A stretch of 64,000 nt of DNA, taken from a virus. The DNA is taken from positions 31,679 through 95,678 of the IMG/VR virus record IMGVR_UViG_3300012942_000035, one strand, 5' to 3'. A program made the position numbers and the translations under genes. The notes beneath the pieces were generated by a model. It was not told where the DNA came from, made no database searches, and was given only the letters and a program-made list of their open reading frames with translations. Shown here in pieces: positions 51,529 to 60,393 of this stretch. Position 1 is the first letter of the stretch, and the number at the start of each line of letters is the position of its first letter.

Positions 51529-51967
51529 TATATATACCGGAGGTACCTTCGACCTATTTCACGAAGGACATCTGGAACTGTTGGAGGCTTGCAGGAGGCT
51601 GGCCGGTAGTGGTATAGTGGTGGTGGCTGTCAATACGGACGAGTTCATCTACAGGTTCAAGAACAACTATCCGATACAGTCGTTGAGAGAGCGTACTAAG
51701 TTATTGGAATCATGTAAGTATGTTGACTATGTGATTCCAAACATAGGTGAAGAACTTTCCACCATAACCATCAGTAATTGGAATGACAGGTTTCCTGACC
51801 GCAAGATAGACGTGGTTGCTATTGGCTCAGATTGGGCCGGTAGAGATTACTATGGCCAAATGGGCTTTAGCAAAGAATGGTTGGACGAACGTAATATCAT
51901 TCTTGCCTACATAGATAGACGTACCGGACAGAGCACGTCCAATTTGAAGAACATATTGAGAGGTTGA
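51521..51967 (+). CDS. Cytidylyltransferase (TagD/glycerol-3-phosphate CT-like)
   Basis: YTGGTFDLFHEGH, VNTDEF, IGSDW, RTGQSTS. Confidence 0.85.
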   Translation: MANIYTGGTFDLFHEGHLELLEACRRLAGSGIVVVAVNTDEFIYRFKNNYPIQSLRERTKLLESCKYVDYVIPNIGEELSTITISNWNDRFPDRKIDVVAIGSDWAGRDYYGQMGFSKEWLDERNIILAYIDRRTGQSTSNLKNILRG

Positions 51968-51968
51968 T

Positions 51969-52154
51969 ATGGTTTACGATATAAACTATGAGTTGCCAGA
52001 CAAGAGGGCAATGATTGAGGTTGACTACAAGGATGCCCCTGTGGATTCCGAATTAATGATTAAGGACAAGGCGGGCAACTTGTACTCGGCCACGGTAGAA
52101 ACCAGGGTATTCGGCGGTGTCGTCGTAAAGGTAAAGGAAGTCCTGGTAGGCTAG
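51969..52154 (+). CDS. Small hypothetical protein
   Basis: SD GAGG; 61 aa. Confidence 0.55.
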   Translation: MVYDINYELPDKRAMIEVDYKDAPVDSELMIKDKAGNLYSATVETRVFGGVVVKVKEVLVG

Positions 52155-52468
52155 TGGTCAAAGAACGTGATGAGGCGCAGAAGCGTACTCAGAAAGCAAA
52201 AGCGCGTTATGATGCTGAGGTTAGGAAGTTAGAGGAAGAGACCGTACGCTTCTCCTGGCATGTTGTAGAGTATACTCCCGGAGACCATGCCGGTGGATAC
52301 TATGATAGATATATTCAACCGAAGCGAGTGCAGGTCAGTCCAGATTTCAATACAGAAGATGATGCCAAGCGATGGATGGAGGCTCACGAGCCGGACGAGG
52401 GTAATTCATTATATATCCAGAGAATGCGTTTGCGTAAGTATACTGTATTGCGATGGGTGGATTACTGA
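52154..52468 (+). CDS. Hypothetical protein
   Basis: Coupled at both ends. Confidence 0.55.
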   Translation: MVKERDEAQKRTQKAKARYDAEVRKLEEETVRFSWHVVEYTPGDHAGGYYDRYIQPKRVQVSPDFNTEDDAKRWMEAHEPDEGNSLYIQRMRLRKYTVLRWVDY

Positions 52469-53082
52469 TGGAGATAATTGTGCTTAGTGGCTTTGCACGC
52501 GCCGGTAAAGATGAGGCTGCTGCTGTATTGGTCAATGAGTTTGGATTCACACAAGTCGCATTCGCAGACAAGTTGCGTGATATGCTTTATGCCTTGAACC
52601 CGGCTGTGCCGCATGACATTAACATTAGACGAAATGATTTTGACAAGCCACTCAGATACGTCCAAGATGTAATTGATGAGTATGGTTGGAATGGCTATAA
52701 GGAAACTCCATATGGTCCCGAGATTCGTCGTCTATTACAGAGGCTTGGTACCGAGGCCGGTAGACAGACGCTATGGGATACCATCTGGATTGATGCCGCC
52801 CTTGCTGGACTTAGCGAAAACGCTAAGATTGTGGTCTCGGACGGTAGATTCTTCAATGAGTTCGACGCCGTACGCGCTCGTGGTGGTGTTGTCTGGCGTA
52901 TTGAAAGACCGGGGGTAGGCCCTCAGTCCAACCATCCTAGTGAGATGGAGGCTATCGACTACCCACACTTCTCAGCACGTCTGAATAATGACGGTACGCT
53001 GAAAGACTGGCGTAATACAGTAGTGGACAACTATATAGAGTTAAAGACTGGTCGCTACTATGGACATAAGGATGCCGATTAG
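52468..53082 (+). CDS. Deoxynucleoside monophosphate kinase
   Basis: SGFARAGKD, FADKLR, RRLLQRLGTEAGR, SDGRFFNE, HPSE. Confidence 0.9.
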   Translation: MEIIVLSGFARAGKDEAAAVLVNEFGFTQVAFADKLRDMLYALNPAVPHDINIRRNDFDKPLRYVQDVIDEYGWNGYKETPYGPEIRRLLQRLGTEAGRQTLWDTIWIDAALAGLSENAKIVVSDGRFFNEFDAVRARGGVVWRIERPGVGPQSNHPSEMEAIDYPHFSARLNNDGTLKDWRNTVVDNYIELKTGRYYGHKDAD

Positions 53083-53084
53083 GC

Positions 53085-53113
53085 TTGACATTTAAATCCT
53101 AGTCGTATATTAT
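53085..53113 (+). promoter_or_regulatory. Promoter of the LAGLIDADG gene
   Basis: TTGACA followed by TATATT/TATTAT -10 candidates just before the ATG. Confidence 0.55.
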
Positions 53114-53605
53114 ATGCGTATGAAAGATACAGATTATGCGTGGGCTGCTGGGTTCTGGGATGGTGAGGGTTGTGTATCACTCACATATAGACAATGGAGT
53201 GAGAACACTCCAAGAATTCCTAGGATTGTAGTACAGGTTGCTCAGGTTGACCGTAGAGTCCTTGACAGATTTCAGAGTGTTGTCGGTTATGGAAACGTAT
53301 TGGGGCCGTATAAGCCAAGAAGTAATAACGCTCAACCGTATCATGTATGGCGAGTTGAAGGAGTTCCACATCTTCAAAGGATGCGAGATTTACTTGCACC
53401 ATATCTTGGAGAGGTTAAACTTAATCAGATGGATATTGCATTGGAGGCTCGTAGAGTCTGGGAAAAGACTGCAACCTGTCTAGTGCATGGCACTAGGCTT
53501 GTTGAGAATGTGAGCGGTGGCAGATGGAACTGTCCTGCGTGTTTATCAGATGCCGGTAAGAAGGCGGCTAAGGCCCGTTGGGGCAGTAAGGATGTGATGT
53601 CATGA
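53114..53605 (+). CDS. Free-standing LAGLIDADG homing endonuclease
   Basis: YAWAAGFWDGEGCV single motif; C-terminal CLVHG...CPAC. Confidence 0.85.
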   Translation: MRMKDTDYAWAAGFWDGEGCVSLTYRQWSENTPRIPRIVVQVAQVDRRVLDRFQSVVGYGNVLGPYKPRSNNAQPYHVWRVEGVPHLQRMRDLLAPYLGEVKLNQMDIALEARRVWEKTATCLVHGTRLVENVSGGRWNCPACLSDAGKKAAKARWGSKDVMS

Positions 53606-54202
53606 CGCTTCGCGTCGGTTTTTGACCTCGACGGATGTGGGTATGATTTTGGTAATTCAGTTAGGAGATATCTAGATTCTATTGGAAGAACATACGGATT
53701 CAAAGATGGTGCAGACGAACCGCACCATTGGGACTTCTACGAATATTGGGGAATGGACAGGGCAGAGTTCTCGCAGATTTGCCACGATGGTGTGGATGCG
53801 GGTTTCATCTTCTCGGGTCCGGTTCGCCCAAACACTGTCGAGGCTTTCAAAGCAGTAAAGGAGATGGGTCATACCATCGTTATTATTACCGACCGTCAGT
53901 TCGGGTGTTCGCCAACAGCATCGCATCAGGCTACGCGCGTGTGGTTGGCTGAGAACGGTATCGAATATGATGAGTTGCACTTCTCTGCTGATAAGTTGAT
54001 TGTTCCAACCGACTGCTTCGTTGAGGACAAGTTGGAGAACTATGATATCCTTACCGCCGCCGGTACGCCATGCGTCCTCATAGATAGGCCCTGGAACCAA
54101 GACGGTAACGATACCAGACTGCGTATCAATGATATTGGTCAGTATCCACCATTCGTGTCTCTGGTCGCTGACCTGCACAAGAACAGGCTAAGTATGGTAT
54201 AA
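53602..54202 (+). CDS. HAD-family 5'(3')-deoxyribonucleotidase, interrupted by a +1 frameshift at GGT TTT TGA C (53617-53626)
   Basis: ATG 53602 gives MTLRVGF-stop; the +1 frame gives FDLDGCGYDF...ITDR...K...FVEDK...RPWN, which holds all HAD motifs. Confidence 0.75.
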
Positions 54203-54210
54203 TCTTAGGT

Positions 54211-54390
54211 ATGCCTATATATTTATATCGTAGATGTTTATGTGAGTCCTCTCAGGACGGTCATCATGAGCGAACGGCAACAATTGATGACAGAGACAAC
54301 CAGCGATGCGATTTCTGTGGCTCTCAACTTGTTCGTAAACTAGCATTCACTGGCCTTACTTGGGCACCAACAGCAGGCGGTATGCGATGA
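54211..54390 (+). CDS. FmdB-like zinc-ribbon protein (59 aa, not in ORF track)
   Basis: MPIYLYRRCLC...CDFCGSQLVRKL; ATG 7 nt after TATAAT. Confidence 0.7.
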   Translation: MPIYLYRRCLCESSQDGHHERTATIDDRDNQRCDFCGSQLVRKLAFTGLTWAPTAGGMR

Positions 54391-54938
54391 GCCTCATGCC
54401 CGTTGAACAGCCGCGTTTCGAAGAGATGCGCGATGTCGTAGAATTATATATCAAGAACGTCAACCCTACCAAGATTGCCAAGCAACTCGGTATCCGTAGG
54501 GTTGACGTTCTTTCTCACATTGAGGATTGGAAGAAGTCCTCAGTAGGGTCCGAGGTCATGAAGGACCGCGTTGAGGAACTCATAGCCTCTATGGACGAGC
54601 ACTACTCCATGCTTATCACCAAAGCATATGAGATTGTTGACGAGGTAGACACCCTTCGTAATTCTGATAAAGAAACTATGACGCGCTCCCAGATGCTCTC
54701 TCAGAAGAAGGGCGCTCTGGACCTTATCGCCAAGTTGGAAAAAGACCGCATTGATGTGCTGCAGAAATCTGGCCTGCTCGATGCCGCCGACGTTGGTGAC
54801 CAACTCGTACAGATGCAGGAAGAGTATCAGCACGTCATGGACCTGCTTTCAGAGCACCTATGCGATGACTGTCATACCAAGATTCTAGGCGCGTTGGCCA
54901 GAGAGAATGATGCTGTGGTGGTAGTACGTGGCGAATGA
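54387..54938 (+). CDS. Putative terminase small subunit (N-terminal HTH)
   Basis: NPTKIAKQLGIRRVDV HTH; immediately upstream of the large terminase. Confidence 0.6.
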   Translation: MSLMPVEQPRFEEMRDVVELYIKNVNPTKIAKQLGIRRVDVLSHIEDWKKSSVGSEVMKDRVEELIASMDEHYSMLITKAYEIVDEVDTLRNSDKETMTRSQMLSQKKGALDLIAKLEKDRIDVLQKSGLLDAADVGDQLVQMQEEYQHVMDLLSEHLCDDCHTKILGALARENDAVVVVRGE

Positions 54939-56766
54939 CTTTGCGAGACAGTTGTTCAATAGACTGTCAGGTGCAGAATTCGAAGAACTGCCGGTAGATA
55001 TCCATGAGTTTGTAACATCTGATGAATATTGTGGATTGAAAGCATTGTCCGAACACCAATACTCCTTGGTCAAAGCGATGAGCCAAATCTATAAGCGCGA
55101 GACGCTGGTGGCTTTATATGGTGACGATGCATTGGCTGAACAGCGATATCGTGAGACGTGTCGAGAGATTATCATGCAACTTGGTAAGGGTTCTGGAAAG
55201 GACTTTACCTCTACCGTCGCGGTATCGTACGTGGTATACCTTCTCCTATGCCTTAAAGACCCAGCCCTATACTACGATAAGCCTAAGGGAGACTCCATTG
55301 ATATCATCAATATTGCTATCAACTCAGACCAGGCCAATAGGGTTTTCTTCAAGAACTTTGTAGAGCGAGTAAAGAATAACCCTTGGTTCGATGGTAAGTT
55401 TGTCGAGAAGCAGGGCAGCATCGAGTTCGACAAGAACGTCACCGTGTACTCTGGACACTCCGAACGAGAGGCGTTTGAGGGTTATAATACACTCTTGGTA
55501 ATCCTTGACGAGATTAGTGGTTTCGCTCTTGAATCGTCGTCCGGTAACCAAAGCGCAAAGACTGCAGGAGCCATATATGATATGTACAAGGCTTCGGTTA
55601 CCTCTCGATTTGCTAAGTTCGGCAAACTGGTATTACTATCATTCCCTCGTTTCAAGGATGACTTCATTCAACAGAAGTATAATGAGGTAATTGCTGAGAA
55701 GGAGACGGTAGTCCGCTCGGCCACCTTGAAGGTAGACCCTGAACTACCTGATGGTTATGAGGGTAATGAGTTTGAGATTAAGTGGGATGAGGATGAAATA
55801 ATCCGATATGCATTCCCTTACACGTTTGCTTTGAAGAGACCATCATGGGAAGTGAATCCCACCAAGGACTTACAAACGGACTACGCCCTAGACTTCTATC
55901 GTAATATGGGAGACGCGCTCGGTAGATTCGCTTGCATGCCGTCCAACCTAGAAGATGGTTTCTTCAAGAACAAAGAGAAGATTGACGATGCGTTCTCTAG
56001 GCTCAATGGTGTAGACGACTTCGGAGTGTTTCACCCATCCTTCGTACCGAAGGATGATACCCGATACTTCATGCATGTTGACCTCGCTCAGAAGCACGAC
56101 CACTGTGCGGTGTCTATGGCACATATCGAGAAGTGGTTGGAATATAAGATTGGTGATAACATGACAGAATACCTCCCGGTAGTATCTGTCGATGCTATTA
56201 GATATTGGACACCCACCAAAGAGAAGTCGGTTGACTTCAAAGATGTTATTGAATATATCAAGGCGGTCAGACGCCGAGGCTTTGACTTGAAGTTAGTGAC
56301 GTTCGACCGCTGGAACTCCCACGACACCATGCAGGACTTGGAACGAAACGGCATCAAAACAGATATCCTCAGTGTTGACAAGAAACACTATGATGACTTC
56401 CTTATCACCATGTACGACAATAGGCTGTTTGGTCCTAGAGTTGAATTGCTTATTGAGGAACTAGGTCAGTTGCGTCAGGTCATCCGTGGTACCAAGGTGA
56501 CCATCGACCACCCGAGAAAGGGAAGCAAGGACTTGGCTGATGCCGTATGTGGTAGTATCTGGGACGCGGTGGCACACACCCCTAAGGAAGAGAACGTAAT
56601 GGTAGAGGCATTCACGTTATCTGATTTGAAGAAACAGGTTGTAGAAGAGGAAGAGCGAAGGTCTAAGTGGGACCGAGAGGGTGTTATTGTGGCCCCCAAG
56701 CCGAGGCTTGACGATGCCCCCAGAGATGTTCAAGAGATGGTAAGAGAACTGATGAGAGTCCTCTGA
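54928..56766 (+). CDS. terL: Terminase large subunit
   Basis: GKGSGKD Walker A, ILDEISGF Walker B, MHVDLA nuclease, FDRWNS, DHPRKGSKDLADA. Confidence 0.92.
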   Translation: MANDFARQLFNRLSGAEFEELPVDIHEFVTSDEYCGLKALSEHQYSLVKAMSQIYKRETLVALYGDDALAEQRYRETCREIIMQLGKGSGKDFTSTVAVSYVVYLLLCLKDPALYYDKPKGDSIDIINIAINSDQANRVFFKNFVERVKNNPWFDGKFVEKQGSIEFDKNVTVYSGHSEREAFEGYNTLLVILDEISGFALESSSGNQSAKTAGAIYDMYKASVTSRFAKFGKLVLLSFPRFKDDFIQQKYNEVIAEKETVVRSATLKVDPELPDGYEGNEFEIKWDEDEIIRYAFPYTFALKRPSWEVNPTKDLQTDYALDFYRNMGDALGRFACMPSNLEDGFFKNKEKIDDAFSRLNGVDDFGVFHPSFVPKDDTRYFMHVDLAQKHDHCAVSMAHIEKWLEYKIGDNMTEYLPVVSVDAIRYWTPTKEKSVDFKDVIEYIKAVRRRGFDLKLVTFDRWNSHDTMQDLERNGIKTDILSVDKKHYDDFLITMYDNRLFGPRVELLIEELGQLRQVIRGTKVTIDHPRKGSKDLADAVCGSIWDAVAHTPKEENVMVEAFTLSDLKKQVVEEEERRSKWDREGVIVAPKPRLDDAPRDVQEMVRELMRVL

Positions 56767-56770
56767 CCCT

Positions 56771-56799
56771 TTGACACTACCGGGCGGTAGTGGTAGAAT
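56771..56799 (+). promoter_or_regulatory. Promoter with a palindrome in its spacer
   Basis: TTGACA-17 nt-TAGAAT; CACTACCG-GG-CGGTAGTG (56775-56792). Confidence 0.75.
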
Positions 56800-56828
56800 G
56801 AAAGTAAACATTAAGGAGGGCAGTAAGC

Positions 56829-57422
56829 ATGACAGAACTCATTGCAGAGGAAACTGAGCATGAGCGCATGGAGGCCACACGCCACCATCGTCCCACTCGC
56901 GCAGAACTTGTGCTTGCCCTAATCGAGAGAGATGGGGATGAGTGTGCTTACTGTGAAAGAGATTTCTCACAGCGGGAAAGAACACTCGACCACGTATTCC
57001 CTCAGTCTAGGGCTTATGCAGAAGGATGGACGTACGAACAGGTTTGGGATTTGTCCAACCTGGTTCTAGCATGTAAGCCGTGTAATGCACGCAAGGGCGA
57101 CCAACTTCTCAACGAAGATGGTACCATTCCGGTTAAGACCAAGCGTACATTCAGGTATCGTCGTGATAAGAGAGCCACTCGCCCGAGTGAGCCGTGCGTT
57201 ATGTGCGATAATGGACATAACCTATTCATTGGCGAGATATGTGCTCAGTGTGGTTGCGATGCTCAGAGGTTCCCACGTTCCGCCAAGGTACGTGCGGACC
57301 AGTGTGACCACGCGCTAACGTGGTGTTGGAGTTGTTCAATCGGATTGACTCCGCGCTCCGGTAGTCTTGAAATGCTATTCTTCGGAGTAGAGGGTCAAGA
57401 AGAGGGCTACTTGGAGTCTTGA
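56829..57422 (+). CDS. HNH endonuclease with Cys-rich C-terminus
   Basis: RDGDECAYC...TLDHVFP...NLVLACKPCNARKG. Confidence 0.85.
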   Translation: MTELIAEETEHERMEATRHHRPTRAELVLALIERDGDECAYCERDFSQRERTLDHVFPQSRAYAEGWTYEQVWDLSNLVLACKPCNARKGDQLLNEDGTIPVKTKRTFRYRRDKRATRPSEPCVMCDNGHNLFIGEICAQCGCDAQRFPRSAKVRADQCDHALTWCWSCSIGLTPRSGSLEMLFFGVEGQEEGYLES

Positions 57423-57521
57423 CACAAGTCTGACCCAGATGATAGTATGGCCGGTAGGCGTAAGTCGCGGTGAACTTCCTGCGCAGCCTACCGGCCACAT
57501 CTATGCGGGAAGGAAACGCAG

Positions 57522-58187
57522 ATGAAGGTTACATTCTTCACCGGAGCCGGTATATCAGCCAATGCCGGTATACCCGTTTATCGTGCTGAGGGCAGTTCGT
57601 GGACAGATTCTGACTTGGAGAAGAAGTCGCATTCCCATTCATATGGGAATCATCTGCCAGAGTTGTGGGACAAGCATTGGGGACCGCTGAGTTTACAGAT
57701 ACGTCAGACCGGGCCGACATATACGCATAAGCGTATTGCTGAGGCTTACCCGGATGCTGTGGTCATTACGCAGAATGTAGATGACCTGCACGAGCGCGCC
57801 GGTAGTGATACCATTCACCTTCACGGTACCCTAGCAGGATATTGCATGCGCTGTAAATCTAATGAGGTAGCCCGATATCAAATGATGATGGGTGCGCCGG
57901 TATGCTACAACTGTGGTAGCAATAAGACCAGACCGGCGGCGGTACTGTTCGGTGAGTCGATTCCTCGTAAACTTTATAATAACGCAAATAAGATTGTCAT
58001 GGAGTCAGACGTTCTCGTCGTAATAGGGTCGTCTCTTGTTGTCTACCCGGCCACGGCAATCGTGATGGATGCCATTATGCGTAAGCAAAACGTCATCATC
58101 GTCAACAAGTCAGAAACGTCGTTTGATAAGTTCGCTAACATAGCATTGCATGATGATTGTGACTCCGTTATTGATAACATACTATGA
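57522..58187 (+). CDS. Sir2/CobB-like NAD-dependent deacylase
   Basis: TGAGISANAGIPVYR, TQNVDDLHERAG, HLHG, CxxC...CxxC, VLFGE, IGSSLVVYPA. Confidence 0.9.
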   Translation: MKVTFFTGAGISANAGIPVYRAEGSSWTDSDLEKKSHSHSYGNHLPELWDKHWGPLSLQIRQTGPTYTHKRIAEAYPDAVVITQNVDDLHERAGSDTIHLHGTLAGYCMRCKSNEVARYQMMMGAPVCYNCGSNKTRPAAVLFGESIPRKLYNNANKIVMESDVLVVIGSSLVVYPATAIVMDAIMRKQNVIIVNKSETSFDKFANIALHDDCDSVIDNIL

Positions 58188-58198
58188 TTGGAAGTTAG

Positions 58199-58876
58199 AT
58201 GCAAACCTATCACAAGATTAACTCCCTCTATAAGCGTCATGTGGACGGTAAGAAGAAGGGTAAGTTGATAGAGGGCGAGTGGGCGACCCCAGAGATTGGA
58301 TATCTTTCCAACAACCTATGGGAGTTTACCGAGAAGGTAGACGGTACCAATATTCGTGTGGGGTATACTCCTGGAATGGTGGTATTCGGTGGTAGGACTG
58401 AGAAGTCTGAACTACCGGGGCCGCTTTCCGAGTGGCTCATGGCTAACCTTACTGCAGAAGTATTTGCCAATGCTGGATTTGAGGATGGAGTCACGCTGTA
58501 CGGAGAAGGGTATGGCCCTAAGATTCAAAGTGGTGAGAACTATAGTCCGTCTCAGAAGTTCGTATTGTTTGACGTAAAGATAGGTGATTTCTGGTTGAGC
58601 CGCCCCAACGTCATAGATGTGGCATCCAAGTTGGGTCTTGACGCCGTTCCGGTGATTGGCAGGGGTACGCTGTTCGACGCTATGGATATTGTCCGTTCTG
58701 GTTTCATATTCAACAATGCTGGTGGTATAGAGAGATACGGACGAGGTACGTTGCAGTCTGCATGGGGAGACTTCGATGCCGAAGGTATTGTGGCTCGTCC
58801 GGTAGTAGATATGTTCGACCGTTTCGGTAACAGAATCATAACCAAGATTAAGAAGGTGGATTTCAATGGCACATGA
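58199..58876 (+). CDS. RNA ligase (Rnl2-like nucleotidyltransferase domain)
   Basis: TEKVDGTN (motif I), LYGEGYG, FVLFDV, EGIVARP, TKIK. Confidence 0.85.
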   Translation: MQTYHKINSLYKRHVDGKKKGKLIEGEWATPEIGYLSNNLWEFTEKVDGTNIRVGYTPGMVVFGGRTEKSELPGPLSEWLMANLTAEVFANAGFEDGVTLYGEGYGPKIQSGENYSPSQKFVLFDVKIGDFWLSRPNVIDVASKLGLDAVPVIGRGTLFDAMDIVRSGFIFNNAGGIERYGRGTLQSAWGDFDAEGIVARPVVDMFDRFGNRIITKIKKVDFNGT

Positions 58877-59162
58877 GGAAACATATGAAGAGAATATAGG
58901 TCCGTTGGATTGCGCCGGTAGAAGAATCAAAGAGGGTGATAACCTCGTCGTCGGTACCAATTCCGGTATCAGAGTTGGCAAGGTAATCGCCGTCAAAGAG
59001 TTCGAAAATGACTATCGTAACATTTGGACATACTCTATCACCATTGACAGAGAACTTCCCAAGAAGGGTCGTCAGACATTTCAACACAATGTCCTCACTG
59101 AAACCAAGTTCTGGGTGATGGATTCACAGGTGAATTTAAGGAACAAACCCGGTTATTGGTGA
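58866..59162 (+). CDS. Hypothetical protein
   Basis: 98-aa ORF overlapping the ligase end. Confidence 0.55.
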   Translation: MAHEETYEENIGPLDCAGRRIKEGDNLVVGTNSGIRVGKVIAVKEFENDYRNIWTYSITIDRELPKKGRQTFQHNVLTETKFWVMDSQVNLRNKPGYW

Positions 59163-59185
59163 GCCGGTAGTGCTATAATTGAAGT

Positions 59186-60088
59186 ATGGACAAGAAATTA
59201 GGACGACTTCCAAACGACCCGAGCAAGCCTCGATTGTTGTTTGCCAAGTATACGGAAGAGAAGCCAACCTACCCGGATAGGGTTGACTATATCAGTGATA
59301 TAACATATCCGATGTATTTGAATGATAAGATTGGCGACTGCACCATTGCAGGCGCGGCTCACATGATTCAGGCAATATCTAAGTATGGTCAGGGAGTTAT
59401 ACAAACGCTTACCGACGATGACGTAGTTAGTGCATATGAGGCTAACACGGGGTATGACCCGAGTACCGGCGCAAACGACGACGGCGCGGTAATGCAAGAC
59501 GTTCTTAATTATTGGCGTAAGACTGGTATCGGCGGTCATAATATTCTCGCATTCGCTGAGGTAGATGTGAACAATACCGATGAGATTCGTAATGCGCTTA
59601 GTACCTTCGGTGCGTTGTATATCGGTATAAACTTCCCAGACTCTGCAATGGAGCAATTCGACTCCGGTAAGCCCTGGGACGTTCAAGATGGTGCCAACCT
59701 AGACGGTGGTCACGCTATCCACGGTGGCTTCTATGATGTGAATGGTAACTACAAGGTAACCACTTGGGGTGCTATTCAGGAAATGACCCCGGCATTCTGG
59801 AACGAATACGTTGAAGAGGCGTGGGTGGTAATCACACCGGAGTGGTTGAACGCTGCCGGGACATCACCGAGCGGTCTTAATCTTAATCAACTAGGAGAGG
59901 ACTTGGCAGAACTTACTGGTGGTGTGAATCCTTTCCCGACACCTGAACCTAATCCAACGCCTACGCCTGTGGTTGTTTCGAATGATGACTTGGCTTCGTT
60001 CTTGAGCGATTTCCTACCGAGTCACGACCTATCGGCATTACCGGTCCTTCAAGAGAAGTTGCAAGACTGGCTCGCATCCAGGACGTGA
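59186..60088 (+). CDS. Papain-like cysteine peptidase
   Basis: NDKIGDCTIAG catalytic Cys, GGHAI His, VTTWG; ATG 6 nt after TATAAT. Confidence 0.65.
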   Translation: MDKKLGRLPNDPSKPRLLFAKYTEEKPTYPDRVDYISDITYPMYLNDKIGDCTIAGAAHMIQAISKYGQGVIQTLTDDDVVSAYEANTGYDPSTGANDDGAVMQDVLNYWRKTGIGGHNILAFAEVDVNNTDEIRNALSTFGALYIGINFPDSAMEQFDSGKPWDVQDGANLDGGHAIHGGFYDVNGNYKVTTWGAIQEMTPAFWNEYVEEAWVVITPEWLNAAGTSPSGLNLNQLGEDLAELTGGVNPFPTPEPNPTPTPVVVSNDDLASFLSDFLPSHDLSALPVLQEKLQDWLASRT

Positions 60089-60144
60089 CCAAGGACACGC
60101 TCTAGAAGTGGATAATAGCCACATACTCATGGTATGCTAGTAGT

Positions 60145-60294
60145 ATGAGAACATATGAAATAGGCTATGATTTAGCACAAAATGATATTAAGAGATTCGG
60201 TATTCTCCACGCATTCGACAAGATGGAGGTACTTGACGGAGAGTTCGGTACCGGCTACACTGAGGCCGTGGAGAGCTTCGTAGAGAGAGTTTGA
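60145..60294 (+). CDS. Small hypothetical protein (49 aa)
   Basis: ATG shortly after a TGgTATGCT -10 box; open to TGA 60294. Confidence 0.5.
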   Translation: MRTYEIGYDLAQNDIKRFGILHAFDKMEVLDGEFGTGYTEAVESFVERV

Positions 60295-60313
60295 AAGACT
60301 ACCGGGCGGGGAT

Positions 60314-60342
60314 TTGACAAGCCCGCCCGGTAGTGCTATGAT
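60314..60342 (+). promoter_or_regulatory. Strong promoter of the RNA array, inside a 13-bp inverted repeat
   Basis: TTGACA-17 nt-TATGAT with TGn extension; flanked by ACTACCGGGCGGG / CCCGCCCGGTAGT. Confidence 0.8.
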
Positions 60343-60348
60343 AGTATA

Positions 60349-60388
60349 GACGTAATGGTTCAGGGACGGAAGTCAGCAGGCCAACGTC
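60349..60388 (+). ncRNA. Minimal SRP (4.5S) RNA domain IV-like hairpin
   Basis: GACGT-AAT-GGTT-CAGG-GAC-GGAA-GTC-AGCA-GGCC-A-ACGTC: GGAA tetraloop, CAGG/AGCA symmetric loop and an asymmetric loop. Confidence 0.7.
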
Positions 60389-60393
60389 ATCTT

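Noticed and set aside
53114..53605. LAGLIDADG gene as part of a group I intron or intein
   Set aside because: The upstream kinase ends normally, the gene has its own promoter-like sequence, and I see no intron core or intein motifs.
53603..53632. UGA read-through fusing LAGLIDADG to the nucleotidase (same frame)
   Set aside because: Formally possible, but the ATGA-coupled start giving MTLRVG-FDLDG fits a HAD N-terminus better.
42244..56766. Inteins or introns in dnaE, recA or terminase
   Set aside because: Protein lengths are ordinary, motifs are contiguous and no intein splice-junction signatures are apparent.
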